Source: Azolla caroliniana
Taxonomy: Eukaryota > Plantae > Polypodiophyta
Length of the DNA stretch: 64,000 nt
Direction: 5' to 3'
Assembly: GCA_043228905.1 (NCBI GenBank)
Contig: JBHGNT010000014.1
Span: 7,192,001 to 7,256,000 of the forward strand
The notes beneath the pieces are model-generated. The model was given only the letters and a program-made list of their open reading frames with translations, did no database searches and had not been told where the DNA came from. Numbering within the stretch: position 1 is the first letter of the stretch; each line of letters opens with the position of its first letter. Position numbers and translations under genes: made by a program. Positions 11,711 through 25,200 of this stretch are shown piece after piece.

Positions 11711-14671
11711 ATGGCACTGTCGGAAGAGGCACGCCAATGGATGATAGAGAACGGGTTAGAAGGATTGTTGCGGATCGCCGATGCTCCACCACACGCAGAA
11801 CCGGAGCAAGCGGCAGCATCAATTGATTTATCAGAAGTCACGGAAGGAGCGGTGCAGGCGCTCACGGGGATAAAAGCAGGAGGACTTCAAACGATCGAAA
11901 ACCCTTCAAATCAAATCCTGTTCAAATATTTCGGTGAGTATTCCATCAGTAGCAAGGCGTACCGAACACAGGGCGGAGAGAACCTGTTGTTCGGAGAAGT
12001 GGCCCGCACCATGATGGAGTACGGATTCGTGAATTCTCATCCCCCGGCCATAGCCAGGTACCGAGCAGCGTTCGTAATTGCAACGTACGAAGGATTGCAA
12101 GTGGAATGGCTCCATTTCATAACCGAAGGATTGAAGGAGGCCATCAAGAACCTTGTGGAAGGAAAAAATCCATGGGCCGGGATAGCACAATGGCTAACGG
12201 TGTTAGTCCCACCGGTGCTCCCCATCAAACAAAAGAAAAGAGGTCGGCAGGAGACGACGCCGAAAAAGGTCACAAAGCGCCGACAGATCCTGGAGAAACA
12301 CACCCCCGGATGGACCCAGGAAGAAGCAGAACAACGGGAGGAAGGACCATCCCGACAGCAACAGGAACCAGCAACAAAGGCAAAACCGGCAGGAAAAGGC
12401 AAAGGAAAACCGGCGAGGAAGACCAACAAGGAACCGGCCGAGGAAGAACCGGTAGCGCTCAAACCAACCAATATAACGCTGCGACGGCCGGAACTGGAAC
12501 CGGAACCGAAACCAGCGGACTTTATACAAAAGGTCCGTCTGGTAGCCGCACCGGAGGAGGAAGCTGAGACGGAAGAAGACTCATCCGAACCACTGGTAAG
12601 ACTCCCAGCAAGACAAGGTCGGGAGAGACGGGCGAGAGGACCGGCTGCACCAGTTGACATAACGCAGCAGAGGGCGCAAGGACCACCTCCAGTAGCCGGG
12701 GCAGAAGTAGTACTGGAACCCGCACCGAGGGAAGCAGTACAGGAACCGGTTTTGCCGGACTTCAGAGAACTGGTCATTCCGGAGAAGAGGAATGAACAAG
12801 CACCGGAGCCAGAGAAAAGGTCGGAAAAACAGCCTGAGTTAAGAAGTAGAAGTGAGCAATGCTACTCCGACACGGGAAGAACAAAGCCACAATGGCTGAG
12901 ATGGCTTTCGGAGCAGGTGTCGGGAGTAGCGGACTAGTTAGAGGAAGAAGAAACGCATAGGCAACACCTGACGCATACAACAACCCAGGAGTTGGTCGCG
13001 CTCCGAACACAGATCCAGGAGTTGCAAGGGGAGTTGTTGCAGGCGAGGGAAAGAATTCAACAAGCACAAGTTGTCACCAAGCCGGTCGGGACAACAAGGA
13101 AGCAACCAGAACCGGAACCGGAACCGGTAGCCTTGCAAACCGGCCCTGAGACCGAAAAAATAATAGAAACCTTGCGAGAGGAGTTAAAAGCTCAGGAGGC
13201 ATTAAGGGAAAAAGAAAGGGAGCAGCGGAAAGCGGTGGAGCACGACAAACGAAGAATGGAAGAAGGCCTCCGGAAAGGCCGAGCCACTAATGACCGACTG
13301 CAAGAAGAAAAAGAAAAGTTGCAAAAGGAGAAGGACTGACTGCGTCAACAGGCCGAGCAGGAGATAGAGCGACTGCAGGAAGAACTCCGACAACAGAAGG
13401 ACCGGGACGACCGGTTAAGAGCTCAGGTGAGCCGACGCCTGAAACAGAAGACGGAGGACTTCGACCGACTCTACCGAGATCACAAGCAGGCCGAGTCGGA
13501 CAACAAGAAACGGGCAGCAGACTACGACCGACAAATAGAGAAGCTGAAAGAACAGCTCAAAGAGACCCGATTGGACCTGGCTAAGACAATGGACGAGGTC
13601 AGTGCCAAAAAGGAAGCATTGTCGGCAGAAATAACCCAAGCAACGGAGAGAAGGAAGGAATTAGAGGCGCTAAGGCGGGAAAAGCTGGATCTGACCAAGA
13701 TCCGGAATGAAGAAAAGGAAAGATCGACCTTCACGATCAACAAACTACAAAGTGCCTATGAAAAGCAGAAAGCGGATTACGAAGACCAGGCTCAGATAAT
13801 GGCCGACATTATAAAACGGGCAAGGAAGGAAAAGCAAGAAGCTTATGCGCATGCTAAAACGGGGGTTGACCGGATCAAGCTCATCATGTCATGTTGGAGT
13901 ACCCGAGCTCAGGCAAGCATCAACGAAAGTACGGAAAAGCTATGGAAGGAGTGGTCACAACAGGCAGCCGAGCTGCAGACACTCCGAGCTGATGCCGAGA
14001 ATCGGAGGAAGACCGGTGACAAGTTCTACAAGATGGATAAAGAAAGTATCGTCGCCATTCGGGAAGAATTGTCGGAGGATTTCTACGCTTTAGCGGAAGA
14101 ACATCTCAAAGAAATCCGAGGGTTGGTAGAGAGGTTGGATGACGGGCAGCTCGCAACTTAGTTGGAATTGGAGAAATACGAGCAGGACCGGTTACGACAA
14201 GAAGCCAAGGGAAGAACGATGCCAATCACTATAAGTGAGGGAGAGCGACCGGCTGAAGCTGAACCAACTAACACCGAACAACCCCGACAAGGAATACCCG
14301 AAGAAGAACTTCTGGTCCAAGAAAATCAAGAAGGGCAGGTACAGACCGATGCCGGGGAAGAAGAAGAGCTGAGACTGGAAAACACCGGAGTAGAGGAAGA
14401 AGGCGCACCGAACCGACCAGTTGAGACCGGAGAAAGCGGCACTAGTAACAGAACAAAGCCTGGAACGGAGGAAGAACAGGAAGAACCCGGACGGAGCGGT
14501 GAGGAAGCACCGGCACCACAGAATCAAGCAGAGCCGGAGCAACAAATTTTTACGGAACAGCCAACCTAACCGGAGGTCGGAGACCAGGCAGGCAAGGAAC
14601 AGGAATTGGAGGAAGAGGCACCAATTGACACCTTCAAGTGGAGTTTGCTCGATATTTTGGAGGAAGACTGA
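11711..14671 (+). pseudogene. Additional 3' ORF (about 986 aa reconstructed): globular N-terminus, basic/Pro-Glu linker, long coiled coil, acidic tail
   Basis: ORFs 11450, 12992, 13427 and 14162 are all in one frame, separated by single stop codons. Confidence 0.8.
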
Positions 14672-14721
14672 GGCCGGGAGTGGGTTCGAAGTGCAAGGCA
14701 CTTTCCCATGGGCGTGCCATG

Positions 14722-15110
14722 TGTTGGCCGGCCAGAAGAGCAAGGACAAGTGGGAAGGCGGAGTCGGATCGGATAATAGGAAGTAAATAATAGTATATTT
14801 ATTATTCGGAGGGACGGATCCGGTACAGTTGTACCGATCCGGATCCGGACCGATTCGGATGCCGGTTGCCTAAGCGCACCGATTGTAACCTTGCTGGATG
14901 CCTATAAAAGGATCCGATGATTTGTAAATGCTTTACGGAAGAAATACAATTATACCTATTGCGTGTTTATCTTTGTCTTTGTATTATTTTACCGTCTGTG
15001 CTTAGTGTAATCATCTTACGCGTGTAACCTAGCATCCAATCCTTACCACCCCTTTAGAGAAGTGTCGGATAGACACCTGTGTTGAGGCTAGTCCGGCCAG
15101 GCATACAACA
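14722..15110 (+). repeat. 3' LTR
   Basis: Direct repeat of 5407-5795 followed by TSD AGTCC. Confidence 0.95.
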
Positions 15111-15115
15111 AGTCC

Positions 15116-17356
15116 ATTAGCAAGCAAGAGTATGTTTGAGTCATCTATGGGCTCGAGCATCTCACAAATAAGTTTCTGGCAAGAGAATCAACGATTGCTT
15201 GGAGATTTACAGCAAGTAAGCATAGAAAAGGCACAACAATATGACGAGTTATCAACACGTGTATGGCAACTTGAAAAAACATTGCGGTCTCTTCATCAAC
15301 AAGCTTCGATGCAACAAAGCTCTCCCAAAGAACCAAAGATTTGTTTGCCCAGGAAGCTCGATGGTAATCGATCATAGTTTCGAGGATTTCTAAATCAGGT
15401 GCGTCTAGTAATTCATATGTATCCTAATAGATATCCAACCGATACAACTCGAGTTGGACTAGTAGGAACCCTCTTAATAGGAACGACATTAACATGGTTT
15501 GCACCACTTCTAGAAAAGAAATCTCCTCTCCTTCAAGACTTTGAAGGTTTTATTAAAGAATTTCAAGTAAACTTTGGAGACATTGATAGTGTTAGAATGA
15601 CGATCAATAAAATTTGAAGACTGCGTCAAGGGGATCGTCCCGCCTCCGTGTACGCCGCAGATTTCCGCCTCCTAGCTGGTGATATTCCATGGGATGGTGA
15701 AGCATTAATGGATCAGTTTCGCCATGGACTACGAAATGATGTAAACGATTTGTTATTAACTTTCCACGAAGATCCAAGATCGCTTACAGAAGCAATAAGT
15801 CGTGCGGTGCGATGTGACAATCACTTATTTGAGCGACGTTTAGAACATCAACTAATGTCACGACCAAGAATGGATCAAACATATGCTTCAATGGTAGCCT
15901 CGACACCTACGAGCACTACCCAAACTTCACACATGATTCCATCAAGTGGTCCAAGTCCGATGGAGATCGATGTAACAAGTCGTCGAGGGCCTTTGTTTGA
16001 AGCTGAGAAGCAACGACGCCGAGCAAACCGTCTATGTTTGTACTGTGGTGGTCCGGGACGCATAGCAATCACCTGCCCACATAGGCCAAAACGACAAGTA
16101 AATCAAGTAAGTACTAGTGAGAAACTTAATTCCAATTCCCCAGTTAGATCATCTATCCCTAGTAGCCCCATGTGTCTAGGCCAATCCAATAGTTTTGAGG
16201 TCTTGAGTTAGCTTGATGAAATATTAAACGAATAAGTCCAATCAAAATCGAAGCCATTTGGTTGGACAAACTAGAATACGTAAAGTCAGCCCCAAGTAGC
16301 GGTTCCATTTTATCGAATCATGTTAGCAGAGTTTTTTCAACACAAGTTGAGCTTAGCACTTGTAGGTGTCATCGAGTTCTTGCATCTGCTCTCTTAGATT
16401 CAGGAGCCAACTCTTGTTTTATGGACAAAGAATTTGCTTTATCCCCAAAAATCCTGTTGAGAAACCTCCCTTGTCTGGCATTCGTTGTAGTCATTGATGG
16501 TCGCCCTATTGCATCTGGGGATATAGTCGAAGAATCCAAGCCAATTTGAGTAGCCCTTGGTAGCTTTGCTTTTGTGATTTCTTTCAATATAATTAGTAGC
16601 CATGAGCATCCGATTATCCATGGTTTGCCTTGGTTTGAGCTTCATAATCCTGAAATTGACTGGAGAAATTGAGCAATCAATGATTTCCAGTTGAAACCTG
16701 AATCTAACAGCCTTGTTACTACCAACCAAGACTCAAAACTTCACCAAATCTCGCCCATATCTCTACAAAACTTACGAGAAGACGGGCAAACAAATGAAAT
16801 GTTTGTCTTTGCAGTAACGACAAATCCATCCTCTAGTTCACAAGGGGCATGTACTCACCTCCCTACTAAGTACTTGGATTTTGAAGACATCTTCAACAAA
16901 TCTAAAGCTAGTTCTCTTCCAGACCATCGTCCTTATGATTGTCCGATTGATCTACAACCTAGGAAAGAGCCACCATGGGGCCCAATATATAATCTATCGC
17001 CTTCTAAACTCAAGGCCCTTCGAGAGTATATAGATGAGAACTTAGCAAATGGATTCATTCGACATTCTAAAAGCCCTGTTGGTGTGCACCTATATTCTTT
17101 GTCAAGAAGAAAGATGGGTCTTTATGATTGCTCGTGGATTATCGAGGTTTAAACAAAATCACAGTTCGAAATAGATATGCTCTACCCTTGATATCGAGTT
17201 TACTAGAGCGTCTTAGTGGAGCTAAAGTTTTCACAACGCTAGACCTTCGAGGTGCATATAACCTTGTGCGGATATGTCCAAGAGACAAATGAAAGACAAC
17301 ATTCCATACTCGATACGGACATTTTGAGTACACGGTTATGCCTTTTGGTCTCACGA
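15116..17356 (+). pseudogene. Chromovirus gag-PR-RT(5') remnant
   Basis: EPKICLP, GPSPMEID, CLYCGGPG, ALLDSGANSCF, PPWGPIYNLS, YTVMPFGLT. Confidence 0.9.
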
Positions 17357-20300
17357 TGTCATGATAACACTCACATCATGCATCGAAAGGATCATGACAC
17401 TCACATTATGATTCGAAAAGATTTGAACCCACGACCTTGTTGTACACATGTCAAATCCTTAACCATTGTATTAATATTGTTATATGTATAGTTTTTAGAA
17501 TATGAAATCTAATATTATAGGAATATTCTATATTACTCTACATTCTAGAATGACCTAGAATATTCTAGAGTGTTCTATATCACTAGAACCTTCTAGAATA
17601 CTCTAGAGATCTTCTAGATTAATCTACATTCTAGGATAACCTAGAATATTCTAGAGTGTTCTCTATTACTTATAAATAGGGATCTACCACTCATCCTAAA
17701 CCTAAATTGGTTCAACGCCATTTTGTAGCCTACTCATTGTAATCCATTTTACTCTTCAATATAATAAATCTCTTTCAATTATCTCTCTCTCCCTCCCTCC
17801 CTCTCTCCCTCTCTCTCCCTCTCTCTCCCTTTCTCTCTCTCTATCTTGACAGTTTAAACCAATTTTTTCCTTTCATTTCTTCATCTTCCACAAAGCCTAA
17901 CAAGTTCTCTTCTTCCTTCTCCTCTCCCCTCGTAAGCTATGGAGTCCATGAGCAAACAAGAATACATGCGTGTTCTTTCTGAGCTCGACATGCTCACAAA
18001 TAAATGTGTGGCATTAGAGCATGAGAATCAAAGGCTACTTGGAGACCTACAACAAGTGAGCACCGAAAAAGATCAACAATATGAAGAGTTAGCACATTGG
18101 GTTCATCAAGTCGAGGCGACTATATTGTCATTACGAGAGCAAGCATTGGGGGTTCAGAACTCCCCTAGAGAGCCAAAGATCAGCCTCCCCGCCAAGTTTG
18201 ATGGTACGAGGTCTTTATTTCGAGGCTTTTTGAATCAAGTTCGTTTGGTTATTCAGCTACATCCCAATCGGTATCCAACTGATGCTGCTTGTGTGGGATT
18301 AGTGGGAACTTTGCTATGCGGTATGGCGTTAGCGTGGTTCGCACCACTTCTCGAGAAGAAATCACCATTGCTGGAGGATTTGGAGGCATTTGTTAAAGAG
18401 TTTCACGCTAGTTTCGGAGACATCGACAACACTAGGACAACGATAAACAAGATTCGAAGGCTCCGACAAGGAGATCATACCGCATCGGCTTACGCAACCG
18501 ATTTTTGTCTCTTGGCATGCGATATACCTTGGATGAGGTAGCCTTAATGGATCAATTCCGTCAAGGTTTGTGAAATGATGTCAAAGATCTTCTTCTTACT
18601 TTCCTTGAAGATCCGAAGTCGCTTACAGAAGCCATTAGTCGAGCCGTGCGATGTGATAATTGCCTATTTGAGCAACGTTCTGAGTGCCAACAAATGTTAC
18701 GCCACCAAACTGAGCAAACTTACGCTTCTGTAGTCGCAACACCTCCACAAGTTTCTAGACCCATTACAAGGGATGGCCCAACTCCGATGAAAATAGAATC
18801 AACCCAAAGTCGTGGGCCATTATCAGATGTTGAGAAGCAACGACGTCGAGCGCATCCCCTCTGCCTGTATTGTGGCGGTCCAAGACATATATCTATAAAT
18901 TGTCCACATAAACCTAGGCATCAAGTATACCAAGTAAGTGCCCATGAAAACCCTACATCGAGTTCTATTGTTACTTCTAATAACATAAGTAAGCCTCATA
19001 GTCCATGCCATGAGAATAGATTCGATGTCTTGAGCAAATTAGAGGATGTGTTAAACGAGTAAGTCCAGCCAAAATAGGAGTCATTTGGCTGGACCATCCA
19101 AGCTATGTAGAGTTAGTTTCTAGTCATGGTTCCATTTCATCAAATCAAGTGAGTAGAGTTTTTTCAGCACAAGTCGAGCTTACCACATCTACATGTCATC
19201 GACTCCTAGCCTCTGCCCTCCTAGATTCTAGAGCCAACTCTTGTTTCATGGATCGTGAATTTGCCTTGTCACAAAACATCCTCTTGAATAAGTTTCCCAG
19301 CCCAGTAGCCGTAGGAGTCATTGATGGACGTCCCATAGCCTCAAGAGATGTAGTCGAGGAGTCCGAGCCAATTAGGATAGTTCTTGGCGATTTGACAAAC
19401 ATAATCTCTTTCAACATTATTCATAGTCCGGAACTCCCAATAGTTCTAGGTCTCCCTTAGTTTGAACTCCATAACCCGACGATTGATTGGATGAAAAGAA
19501 CAATTGAGGAAACTCGGGAAAAAAGCACAAACCCCACATCCCTCTCTCCTACATGTGATAATAGATCCCTAGAGTTATCAACCATCTCTTTATGACAGTT
19601 GCGGGAGGAAGGGGGGAACGAGGCCATGTTCGTCTTCACAATAGTAGCAACTCCATCATCCACTTCACGTGAAGCGGACATTAAACTACCAGAGAAATAC
19701 AAGGAGTTTTCAGATGTCTTTGATAAGGTGAAGGCCAATACATTGTTAGAGCATCAGCCATACGACTGCCCTATTGACTTACAACCAGGGAAAGAACCTC
19801 CATGGGGCCCATTTTATAATCTCTCCCATGTAGAGCTAGAGACTTTGCGGGAATATATTGATCAGAATCTGGCAAACGGATTCATTCGGCATTCTAGATC
19901 CCCTACTGGCGCACCTATCTTCTTTGTTAAGAAGAAGAATGGGACTCTTCGGTTGGTCGTGGATTATCGAGGGCTAAACAAAGTGACTATTCGGAATAGA
20001 TATGCTCTAACATTAATCCTGAATCTTTGGGAACGTCTCAGTGGTGCAAAATATTTCACAAAGTTGGACCTTCACAGAGCATATAATCTAGTTCGGAGTC
20101 ACCTGGGGGATGAATGGAAGACAGCTTTTCGCACTCGCTATGGACATTTTGAGTATATTATGATGCCATTTGGTCTCACGAATGCACCAGTTGTTTTCCA
20201 ACATAGGGCGAACGATATTTTTTGAGATTTTCTTGATATCTTCACTATAGTTTACCTAGATGATATTTTAATCTACTCGAAGACCCAAGAGGAGCATGAC

Positions 20301-20945
20301 AAACATGTTCATTAGGTACTGTGTTGACTCCGAGAATATGGTCACTACGCAAAATTAGAAAAGTGTAGTTTCGGCCAAAATCAAGTGGAATTTTTGGGGT
20401 ATGTTATATCATCAGATGGTATTGCTATGGACCCCATGAAGGTACAAGCAATTTTAGAGTGGCAAACGCCCCTTTTAGTGCGTGATGTGCAACGTTTTCT
20501 CGGGTTTGCAAATTTTTATTGAAAATTTATTAAAGATTATTCCAAGGTTGTGCTTCCGCTTACTCAACTCACACATAAAGATCAACCATTTATATGGAGT
20601 TCAGATGCAGCCGAGGCATTTGAAAGCTTAAAACGAGCATTTACAACGGCACCTATCTTAGCACATGTGGACCCAACAAAACTCTTCATCCTCGAAGCCG
20701 ATGCATCTGATTTTGCACTAGGGAGTGTCCTCTAGCAGGTTGGAGATGATGGACAGCTACACCCGGTCACCTTTCATTCACGAAAGTTTGAAGTTGTAGA
20801 GATCAATTACGAGATCCATGACAAAGAGCTTCTTGCAATTAAGGATTCGTTTCAACAATGGCGACATTTTCTAGAAGGTTCTTCTCAGCAGATCGTTGTC
20901 TACAATGATCATAAGAACCTGACTTATTTCCAAAATGCTCGAGTC
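17357..20945 (+). mobile_element. Tcn1-like chromovirus element 2 (5' LTR 17357-17851, gag-PR-RT-RH), 3'-truncated
   Basis: TGTCATGA..TTGACA LTR inserted in PFGLT|NAP of element 1; gag from 17939, LLDSRANS, VDYRGLN, YLDD, EADASD. Confidence 0.9.
17416..17476 (-). other. tRNA-like Pol III cassette in LTR U3
   Basis: Minus strand TAATACAATGGTTAAGG...AAGGTCGTGGGTTCAAATC, canonical spacing. Confidence 0.65.
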
Positions 20946-21430
20946 TAAAGTTTAGTATCCTACATTGTCCACAATTATATACATACGAGTATGGGTCAAA
21001 ATATAAATTATAACTCATTTTATTAGTATGGATACAAGTACACCTCATATTTTGGTAAAACTTACCAAAATAATATAAGTCTTTAACTTAGTGTTTGCCA
21101 TGTTGCACATTAGTGAGATATTGACCCATTGTTGAAATTTATTATGCTTACATTAACTTATCAACACATCCAAACTTATTTGAATTTCTAATGTTCTCCA
21201 CTCGGAGACATATCATGTATTGTTATATTTGCAAATTTTAATCAAGTTGTGGAACATGTGATACTAGTGCATCCAATTTTTGTAGAGAGGGTATATTTGG
21301 ATATTTTCAAGAAGATTCTACAAGTGGAATGTGCGATCCTTCCACTTGTGAACACGAATGTGTTTATATCTTTTGTTATCATCATTCTCTCTCTCAATCT
21401 CGATCTCTCTCTCTCTCAAGTAAATTCTCG

Positions 21431-21830
21431 ATGACCCAGGAAACCAAAGATAGGCTAACGAGAGGGTATGCATCCCTCTCACTCTTAGAGAAACAATGCC
21501 ACCAGGCATACTTTCAAGAGTCACAGACCAAGGGATGACTCTTTGACTCATTAGTGACCCCTTCCCTCATGTATGCATCAGTAGTATGGGCTCCAGGTCT
21601 ACCATCTTTCATGTGGACGCAATTAGAGAGACCTTTGGTGACGATGTTATCACGTCAAATACGAAGCAAATCAACAGTACCACATTACATTATTAGAGCA
21701 GAGTTCAGTCTACCCCCGATGTAAGTAGAAGCACTCTTTCAAGTGGTAGTTTTTATTCATCGGATACATAGCCAACCACAAGATAGGATATCCCGTCGAG
21801 CCTTTGAGGCATCTTGATCCCTACATGTGT
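21431..21830 (+). pseudogene. Non-LTR retrotransposon (LINE, RTE-like) fragment, region C-terminal to the RT core
   Basis: Reads LFDSLVTPSLMYASVVW..QLER..IIRAEFSLPP..RIHSQPQDRISRRA through stops. Confidence 0.6.
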
Positions 21831-21889
21831 CTGGAGACACTAGCTCTTGAATTTCTTCTGGTAGGAACGACTGGATGCGCACTCATCGT

Positions 21890-22111
21890 CCAAAATAGGA
21901 GTCATTTGGCTGGACCATCCAAGCTATGTAGAGTTAGTTTCTAGTCATGGTTCCATTTCATCAAATCAAGTGAGTAGAGTTTTTTCAGCACAAGTCGAGC
22001 TTACCACATCTACATGTCATCGACTCCTAGCCTCTGCCCTCCTAGATTCTAGAGCCAACTCTTGTTTCATGGATCGTGAATTTGCCTTGTCACAAAACAT
22101 CCTCTTGAATA
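21890..22111 (+). repeat. Apparently identical copy of 19069-19290 abutting the gap
   Basis: Same sequence by eye; ends at the N run. Confidence 0.85.
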
Positions 22112-22211
22112 NNNNNNNNNNNNNNNNNNNNNNNNNNNNNNNNNNNNNNNNNNNNNNNNNNNNNNNNNNNNNNNNNNNNNNNNNNNNNNNNNNNNNNNNN
22201 NNNNNNNNNNN
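22112..22211. other. Assembly gap (100 N)
   Basis: N run. Confidence 1.
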
Positions 22212-25200
22212 CATTGTCATTATGTCTCTACTATCGACGGCCAATTGAAATTGATCATAGCCCAAGTAGAGATCACCAATGGAATAGATCGATCTTCCCG
22301 TGAAGGCTTCAGCAAATTCATCCACACTTGGACCAATTCCGGCATTTAGGATCGTCACCTTGTTGATGGGTTGGAGATCTTGAATAAAGCGTAAGGACCT
22401 GTTCTTCTTCAGCACCGTAAACAACCTATTGGAGTAGGGAGCATTGGACGACTCAAGTATTCCCATCCTAACCTTTTCCTTTAGAAGCTCAATCAACTTC
22501 GGAATGTGAGCTCTTGGAACCGGTATCGGCTTGAGGTTCCAAGGTACATGCGGCACCGTAAAAATCACCATCGGCTCTATCATCTTCGGGTCAGCACATC
22601 TGATCTCTTGTGGAGAGAAGGCAAAGGCTTTCCCATGTCTCTCAAGCATTCCGCGGAACATTCTCTCCTCTTCAGGGAGAAGGAAATATTCCCTTCCAAC
22701 TTGTAGCTTTCCTTTCGTCTCTTTGGTGAAGACATGACCTATTGCCTTTGGATCCCTTAAGCTTGTATCATTAGCAACTTCCTTCATCTTCTGCCAGCTA
22801 TCTTCCGGTAGCGGAACCGCAACTGGCTTGATCTTCTTATCCACTGTTTTATATTTTGTGTTGACTTCAGCTTCCTCCATCAAGATGCCTCGATGATATT
22901 CATTGATGATAGCGTACATGTTGACGGAGTTAACCGAAATCACATGTTGATCATGAGGGTAGCTCAAGTCCACGACTTCCTCGATTTCACCAATGGTGTC
23001 GTTAAATGAGGCTTCCTCTAGAATATGAGACATGAATTCTTCTTCTTCGATTATGCTTTCTTCTTTTACCATCTTCTCGAAGTCTTGTATCCGACGCTTG
23101 TCCTTCTTGTTGAGTAGTGTTAGTTTACATGCGCCACTAGGTGTCACACATGTTGCTTCTCCTTGCGATCCACTTATTTTGCTTCCTTGTGGGGACTTAT
23201 GATTGCTCGGACTATTTGTGCCCCACGGTTCAATAGTCCGCTCTAAAAATCCGAGGATTCGCCTCCAAGACTACCTCGGTTCCTTTTGTGATTAGGCCGC
23301 ACCGTAAGGAATTGAACAGATCGTTGATTATCAAGGCTCTTGACTCACACAAAGGCCGCTCCATTATCAAACACCTTAGTCTCCATCCAGGACGATGTGA
23401 TATATGGTTGTCCTAGGATGACGGGATGCGAAGCCAATTCTTGCACGAAGAAGTGTTGATCCATCTTAACATCTCCGATCGTGACTTTAACATTGGGGCA
23501 AGCTTCGTACAGGTCTTCCGTGGCCTTCGTTGCCGCTCGTATCTTCCATCCGTGGTTTGTGTTGATCAGCCATCTTCCTTTCTTGTAGAATTCAGTCGAC
23601 ATGAGGTTGATCTCCAAACCATGGTCAATCAAGGCTACCACGATCTCTTTCTTCTCTCTGATCTTCACCGGCGTCTCCATTCTCGCTCTTGCCCAATGAG
23701 GCCGAGAGTAATGGTTGTCCGCCATCACTTCTTCTTCCTCCTCCTCTTCCGATCTTGCCATGGTTATGGCACTTGTTTTCACCTCCTCTTCATCCGATTG
23801 TTGTCGCTTCCGCTTAATCAAGTCCACGATAGTATCGTGGAACTCCTTCTTAGTGATCCTAAGTAGCTCTCTCAAAGTAAGGTCGACATGACTATCTAAA
23901 ACCTTCTCCTCAAGGACCTTCCGCAAGTCGGTTGTTTGTTCTATGTCCGACCTTAGCTTGTAAGTCGGCACCGCTCATTCTTTTCCTTTCTTCACAGATT
24001 CATTGACTTCCATCCGAGAAGGTTGGCTCGATCCACCAAGATTCATGCTTGTTTCTCCTATCTCTTTTCATGGCGCAGGTTGGGTGTGTCCTTCTTTCCT
24101 TGCATTCCTTGTATTGTGACGCTTTGATGTGCCATCTTCTTCACCGGTTCTTTTCCTCTTCTCTTCAACAAGAGCTTCATAGTTGTCACACACAACCTCC
24201 GCAAAGCTTGTGTTATCGTTGACTGGATCCGACCATCCGGTAAGTTGTCGCACATTCCGATCAGCATGTTTTAGATCCTCCAAATCTATTTTTCCTTTCT
24301 TTTCGCACTCGAATACCGTTGGTCAAAACCTAGCTCCCGGCTTGATCGTCTTTAGATTCTCTCTTCCGACTCGTATTCCCGCTGATGCGGCATAGTGCAT
24401 GGCTTCCACATGCCTTGCATCTTCCTCTTCCACAATCTTTTTCAGCCTGCCTCTTCTGAAGTTCACTCGTAGTGGCTTTTGGGTCCGCTCGAGTGGATCA
24501 TGTTGTCTTCCAAATAGACGACATTCTTGTCGAATCGCGTCTTGCAAGTCAGTGCACTCCCTTCGCGAGTGCTCGAAGTTGTCGCACCACACACATCTAT
24601 ACGCTTCTTTTCCCTTCGGTCCGCATCGACCTAAGTTGGCCAAAGATACCGCTTCAAACTTCTTGGAGAGCTCTTCGATTATAGAATCCTCCATCGCTTT
24701 CTTGTCGAAATTGTTGATCAGCTTGTTAGACTCGATCGTCACAAGTGCCTTCCTCCTCCACGATTGTGGATTCTCCATATCAGTTTTCCTCTTGCCATTG
24801 TCGACTCTTATCAAGACGGCTACAAGCCTTCTTCACCGCCGCCCAGTCCGCTAGCAAGCCATTTGGTTGTGTTTCATCCTCCAAAAAGTTACCCAATTCA
24901 CGCCGATCTTTCACATCCACTGCCTTCAAGAATAGTAGGACTTTATCTCCATCGAGAACTCGTTGATCAACACTCAGAAGTCAGTTATACTTCTGGTCAA
25001 ATTCGGCATATACTACAGACGCACACATTTTCTTCCCTTTCTTCTCGAACCAAGACATTAGCGTATGTCAAGTCATCTGTGATGTGTCTTCAAGCATGTA
25101 TTCAGTGAGAAGTGCCTTTTCGAATTCCGCCCAGCTTGCATGCTCGTTTTGGATCTCCATGACGTGCTCACAGATCCCTAGTTCCACCAAACATTTTAAG

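Larger units (their letters stand above)
5407..15110 (+). mobile_element. Non-chromovirus Ty3/Gypsy element (Athila/Tat/Phygy-like) with both LTRs and an extra 3' ORF
   Basis: 389-bp LTRs TGTTG..CAACA at 5407-5795 and 14722-15110 (about 6 differences by eye); TSD AGTTC/AGTCC; order gag-RT-RH-INT, no chromodomain. Confidence 0.95.
4833..17356 (+). mobile_element. Tcn1-like chromovirus element 1 (5' LTR, gag, PR, start of RT), interrupted at 5407-15110 and cut at 17357
   Basis: gag ATG at 5398 continues at 15116 as MESISKQEY, homologous to MESMSKQEY at 17939. Confidence 0.85.

Noticed and set aside
14682-14692. B-box-like GGGTTCGAAG before the 3' LTR
   Set aside because: No A box at proper spacing and no T-stem
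21890-22111. Recent segmental duplication
   Set aside because: Identical copy ending at a 100-N gap; likely an assembly artefact
22017-23147. 376-aa ORF across the gap
   Set aside because: Read-through of N bases joins two unrelated elements
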